From Octopus vulgaris (lineage: Eukaryota): a stretch of DNA of 64,000 bases. The stretch is from positions 28,334,001-28,398,000 of the forward strand of contig OX597819.1 in assembly GCA_951406725.2 (NCBI GenBank), given 5' to 3'. Shown in pieces: positions 61,901-64,000 of the stretch; within the stretch, counting starts at the first letter, position 1; each line of letters starts with the position of its first letter. Under the pieces are notes generated by a model. It was not told the origin of the DNA. It saw only the letters and a list, made by a program, of their open reading frames with translations, and searched no databases. Position numbers and translations under genes: made by a program.

Positions 61901-63246
61901 TTAGCCCCTTGTGGGTAGTAAAGAAATAGGTTAGATTCCTAGATTGGGAGTGCATTGTGTTCTTTAGCAAAACATTTCATTTCGTGTTGCTCCAGTCTAC
62001 TCAGCTGTAAATGAGTAATCCTGAAACGGTCTGGCATCCTGTTCAGGAGGAATATTGTGATCTTGGTCACTTATGAAGGGGTGATGAAAAGTTCCTGGCT
62101 TTAAAGGTATCACAAAAGGCCTGGTTAGAGGCCCAACATTCTGAGTTCTTTTACAGGGCTTAGAAAAACTGAAGGATCACTACAATAGTCTGGGAAGGGA
62201 ATATGTTGCATAAAATTATAATTTACTGATCCTCTTGTATTTTCTTTTACCGAAACTTTTCAGCACCCCCTCGTACATACTGTAGAAACTGGGGAACCAG
62301 CTCTGAGTCCTGGGATTGAATATTAACGAGAGTAATTTATTAATGTTTATAAAGCATGATTTAAGTTTAATTGGTAGTCTTATAATATAATTATAACTTT
62401 CAATGCAAATATTTCAGCAGAAGTCGCCTCTATATTGTGAAAACTCACTTTGGTCCATACATTAATCAATTTAAGAGATGACAGTACTGCATATAGTGCT
62501 GTGATACTTGTTAAGATTTAAAAATAACCCCACGCTTTTAAAGTAACAACATTAATTCCGCTTAAAATAGTCTAAATTTTGATTAAAACAGGTTTGACAT
62601 TAATTTAATGTTATTTCTAACCCAACTTAATACTTTAAGTTTTAAAATATACTGAAACTAACAGGCAATGATATTTATGAAATGTGTGTTGTAAAGTATC
62701 AGAGTATGACAGAGTGTATTAGAAAGAAAAAAAGAAAAGTAAAAGGTTTTTAGTTCACTATTGATTGTTTCATAATGAAATTATCCAAGAGAAGGTGTGT
62801 GGCTTAATTGTTAGGGTATTCAGCTCGTGATCATAAGGTCATGAGTTCAATTCCTGGTGCCGTGTTGTGTCCTTGAGCAAGACACTTTATTTCATGTTGC
62901 TCCAGTTTGCTCAGCTGGCAAAAATAAGTAGTACCTGTCTTTCAAATGGCCAGCCTTGTCACACACTGTGTCATGCTGAATTTCCTTGAAAACTACATTA
63001 AGAGTACACATGTCTGTGGAGTGCTCAGCCACTTGCATTTTAATTTCATGAGCAGGCTGTTCCGTTGACTGGATTAATTGGATCTTTGTCATTGTAACTG
63101 ATGGACAGCCAAATTATCCGAAGATATAAATATTTAAATAGATAGAAATGAAAGATCACTATAATATACCTGATGGTTTTATCTAATGCAGCCAATTTTA
63201 TTTTTTCTTCACATGTGTGTTCTTCTGAATTGGCCTTTTCTGAATA
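35866..63246 (-). CDS. ERO1: ERO1-like ER oxidoreductin (FAD-dependent sulfhydryl oxidase), 5'-partial; 11 coding exons in the window
   Basis: complement join of 63170..63246, 61128..61201, 60874..60994, 58873..58916, 44200..44292, 43201..43367, 40265..40341, 38846..38915, 38528..38614, 37292..37431, 35866..35917 = 1002 nt, GT-AG, phases consistent; motifs [66 protein letters not shown]. Confidence 0.96.
36203..36380 (-). mobile_element. Truncated mariner-type MITE
   Basis: TA-TGAGGGGGTGTTGAAAAGTT terminus; reverse complement of 62074-62273. Confidence 0.7.
36575..36800 (+). mobile_element. Old CR1/Jockey-group LINE fragment
   Basis: Decayed KA..R...EYCSHIWD...LDPIQKKAV...LDHR coding pattern. 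Confidence 0.55.
37292..37431 (-). CDS. ERO1: ERO1 exon ([14 protein letters not shown]...[16 protein letters not shown])
   Basis: gcctag acceptor, gtttgt donor. Confidence 0.96.
37709..38166 (+). mobile_element. MITE family 2 copy
   Basis: ~90-bp TIRs; perfect 8-bp TSD ACTTCATC; internal (TG)n expansion. Confidence 0.93.
38528..38614 (-). CDS. ERO1: ERO1 exon with the CxxCxxC active site ([29 protein letters not shown])
   Basis: ttttag acceptor, gtaagt donor. Confidence 0.97.
38846..38915 (-). CDS. ERO1: ERO1 exon ([24 protein letters not shown])
   Basis: tttcag acceptor, gtatga donor; HFDE motif. Confidence 0.94.
39933..40116. mobile_element. Old hAT-like MITE
   Basis: CAGTGCTGTCTTAA ... 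TTAAGATGGCCCTG imperfect TIRs; TSD not evident. Confidence 0.4.
40265..40341 (-). CDS. ERO1: ERO1 exon ([25 protein letters not shown])
   Basis: ttaaag acceptor, gtaagt donor; FYTGN motif. Confidence 0.92.
40938..41220 (-). mobile_element. 5'-truncated copy of a second, distinct RTE family
   Basis: Open minus frame ...[36 protein letters not shown]...[14 protein letters not shown]...* (TGA 40955-40953); very short 3' end; TSD TGATCAAAATG at 40927 and 41221. Confidence 0.8.
41797..42100. repeat. Degenerate ~50-bp minisatellite
   Basis: Recurrent CATAATCCTTCATGTGAATA...ATACATGGATGGATATACC units. Confidence 0.7.
43201..43367 (-). CDS. ERO1: ERO1 exon ([22 protein letters not shown]...[24 protein letters not shown])
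   Basis: ttgtag acceptor, gtaatt donor. Confidence 0.96.
44200..44292 (-). CDS. ERO1: ERO1 exon ([31 protein letters not shown])
   Basis: ctctag acceptor, gtaact donor. Confidence 0.96.
46945..47171 (+). repeat. ~227-bp direct repeat, copy 1
   Basis: Near-identical to 51142-51369. Confidence 0.93.
48323..48577 (+). repeat. Tandem duplication with ~135-bp period
   Basis: GAAAGATAAT...TTAAAGTCTG...TTTGAAATACCTTCAACTGTTACTGTACATTTATATA occurs twice. Confidence 0.85.
51142..51369 (+). repeat. ~227-bp direct repeat, copy 2
   Basis: Near-identical to 46945-47171. Confidence 0.93.
52380..54840 (+). mobile_element. Ancient, heavily decayed RTE LINE related to 30370-34003, antisense in the ERO1 intron
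   Basis: Colinear remnants: [40 protein letters not shown]; many stops and indels. Confidence 0.85.
57701..58074. mobile_element. Possible Helentron-associated (DINE/HINE-like) element
   Basis: Repeated ACCTCCGCC-like motif near both ends and terminal hairpin ACCTC..CCTT cact AAGG..GAGGT. Confidence 0.45.
58873..58916 (-). CDS. ERO1: ERO1 44-nt exon ([15 protein letters not shown])
   Basis: ttacag acceptor, gtatgt donor; supplies the required phase 2 to phase 1 bridge. Confidence 0.8.
59431..59762 (+). mobile_element. tRNA-derived SINE (family D)
   Basis: A box TGGCTCAGTGG, B box AGTTCGATTCC, then GTGTTCTTGAGCAAGACACTT...CACTCAGCTG; relatives at ~61750-62050 and 62792-63110. Confidence 0.8.
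59913..60220 (-). mobile_element. RTE 3'-UTR-only copy
   Basis: Reverse complement of the 33700-33985 region. Confidence 0.85.
60593..60768. mobile_element. Tc1/mariner-pogo MITE
   Basis: ~27-bp TIR CTGTATTTGATGGCATAAAAGATGCAC / GTGCATCTTGTATGCTATCAAATATGG with TA on both sides. Confidence 0.75.
60874..60994 (-). CDS. ERO1: ERO1 exon ([40 protein letters not shown])
   Basis: Signature motif; ggtag acceptor, gtacat donor. Confidence 0.96.
61128..61201 (-). CDS. ERO1: ERO1 exon ([25 protein letters not shown])
   Basis: tttcag acceptor, gtaatt donor. Confidence 0.92.
62074..62273 (+). mobile_element. Mariner-type MITE
   Basis: TIR (C/T)GA(A/G)GGGGTG.TGAAAAGTT with TA TSD. Confidence 0.8.
63170..63246 (-). 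CDS. ERO1: ERO1 exon ([25 protein letters not shown])
   Basis: aatag acceptor, gtatat donor; aligns to human YSEEAN...CEQAERLGAVDESLS. Confidence 0.88.
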
Positions 63247-63386
63247 CTATTCATGAAAAAACAAAAAAAAACAAAAAAACTTTTATTTCTTTTTAAATAT
63301 GCATGGAAATCATTTATAATTTTAAAACATGAATTTAAAGTTACAAACAGAAACTTTATGAATTCAGTTAAGATATCTTGGCAGGA

Positions 63387-63632
63387 TCATCATCGTTTAA
63401 CATCCGTTCTCCATGCTAGCATGGGTTGGACGGTTCGACCGGGGATCTGGGAAGCCAGAAGGCTGCACCAGGCTCCAGTCTTATCTGGCAATGTTTCTAC
63501 AGCTGGATGCCCTTCCTAACGCCAACCACTCCGTGAGTGTAGTGGGTGCTTTTTACGTGCCACCTGCACAGGTGCCAGGCGAGGCTGGCAACGGCCACGG
63601 TCGGATTGGTGTATTTTATGTGCCACCGGCAC
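63387..63632 (-). mobile_element. RTE 3'-UTR-only copy
   Basis: (ATC)n-GTTTAACATCCGTTCTCCATGCTAGCATGG...; reverse complement of the LINE 3' end. Confidence 0.85.
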
Positions 63633-64000
63633 CATTATATGAATAATAAACATATGCACTGGATTAATGACCTTCCCAGGATACAACTAAATTTGTTTCA
63701 ACATGAGGAGTTCACATTAAGAATCTTGGAAGCCAAATGCAAAAATAGACGGTAATGTAATAATGTCATAAACATCAACAACACATAAGACAATACATAC
63801 AGAAAATGGGTCATCATATACAGTAGTTAAATAATAATATGCATAAAAGGTAGCTTAGAAATCAATGTTGGATTTTATTACACTGTTTAATTCTAGTTTG
63901 TAACAAGCAGCAATTATTGAAATTTAAAATGTTTTGTTTAGCTTGAACCTCCAACTTCAGCATTTGAGGTACAAGTGTAAGAGTGTCCCAGTTCACTGCA

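Overview
AT-rich, intron-rich eukaryotic genomic DNA. The repeat content suggests a mollusc, probably an octopus (inference). Two convergent spliced genes were reconstructed by hand, with GT-AG introns and consistent phases. (1) A complete 9-exon C11orf54/PTD012 homolog on + (5767-29368, 314 aa). (2) The last 11 coding exons of an ERO1-like ER oxidoreductin on - (63246 down to 35866, 333 aa in the window; 5' exons lie beyond 64000). Between their 3' ends is a young, 5'-truncated, frameshifted RTE-clade LINE (30370-34003) encoding an AP endonuclease, an RT and an embedded PHD-type finger. The rest is microsatellites, tRNA-derived SINEs, LINE fragments, several MITE families with recognisable TIRs/TSDs, a non-autonomous Helitron and a U6 pseudogene. 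The most notable unannotated signal is a cluster of three different type I hammerhead-ribozyme motifs (2131-2181 +, 2325-2387 -, 3935-3969 +). Each has a palindromic stem III and sits in a short, ORF-less, Penelope-like unit lodged in (TA)n tracts; one is attached to a perfect 161-bp inverted repeat. Most ORFs in the supplied track are microsatellite or repeat artefacts.
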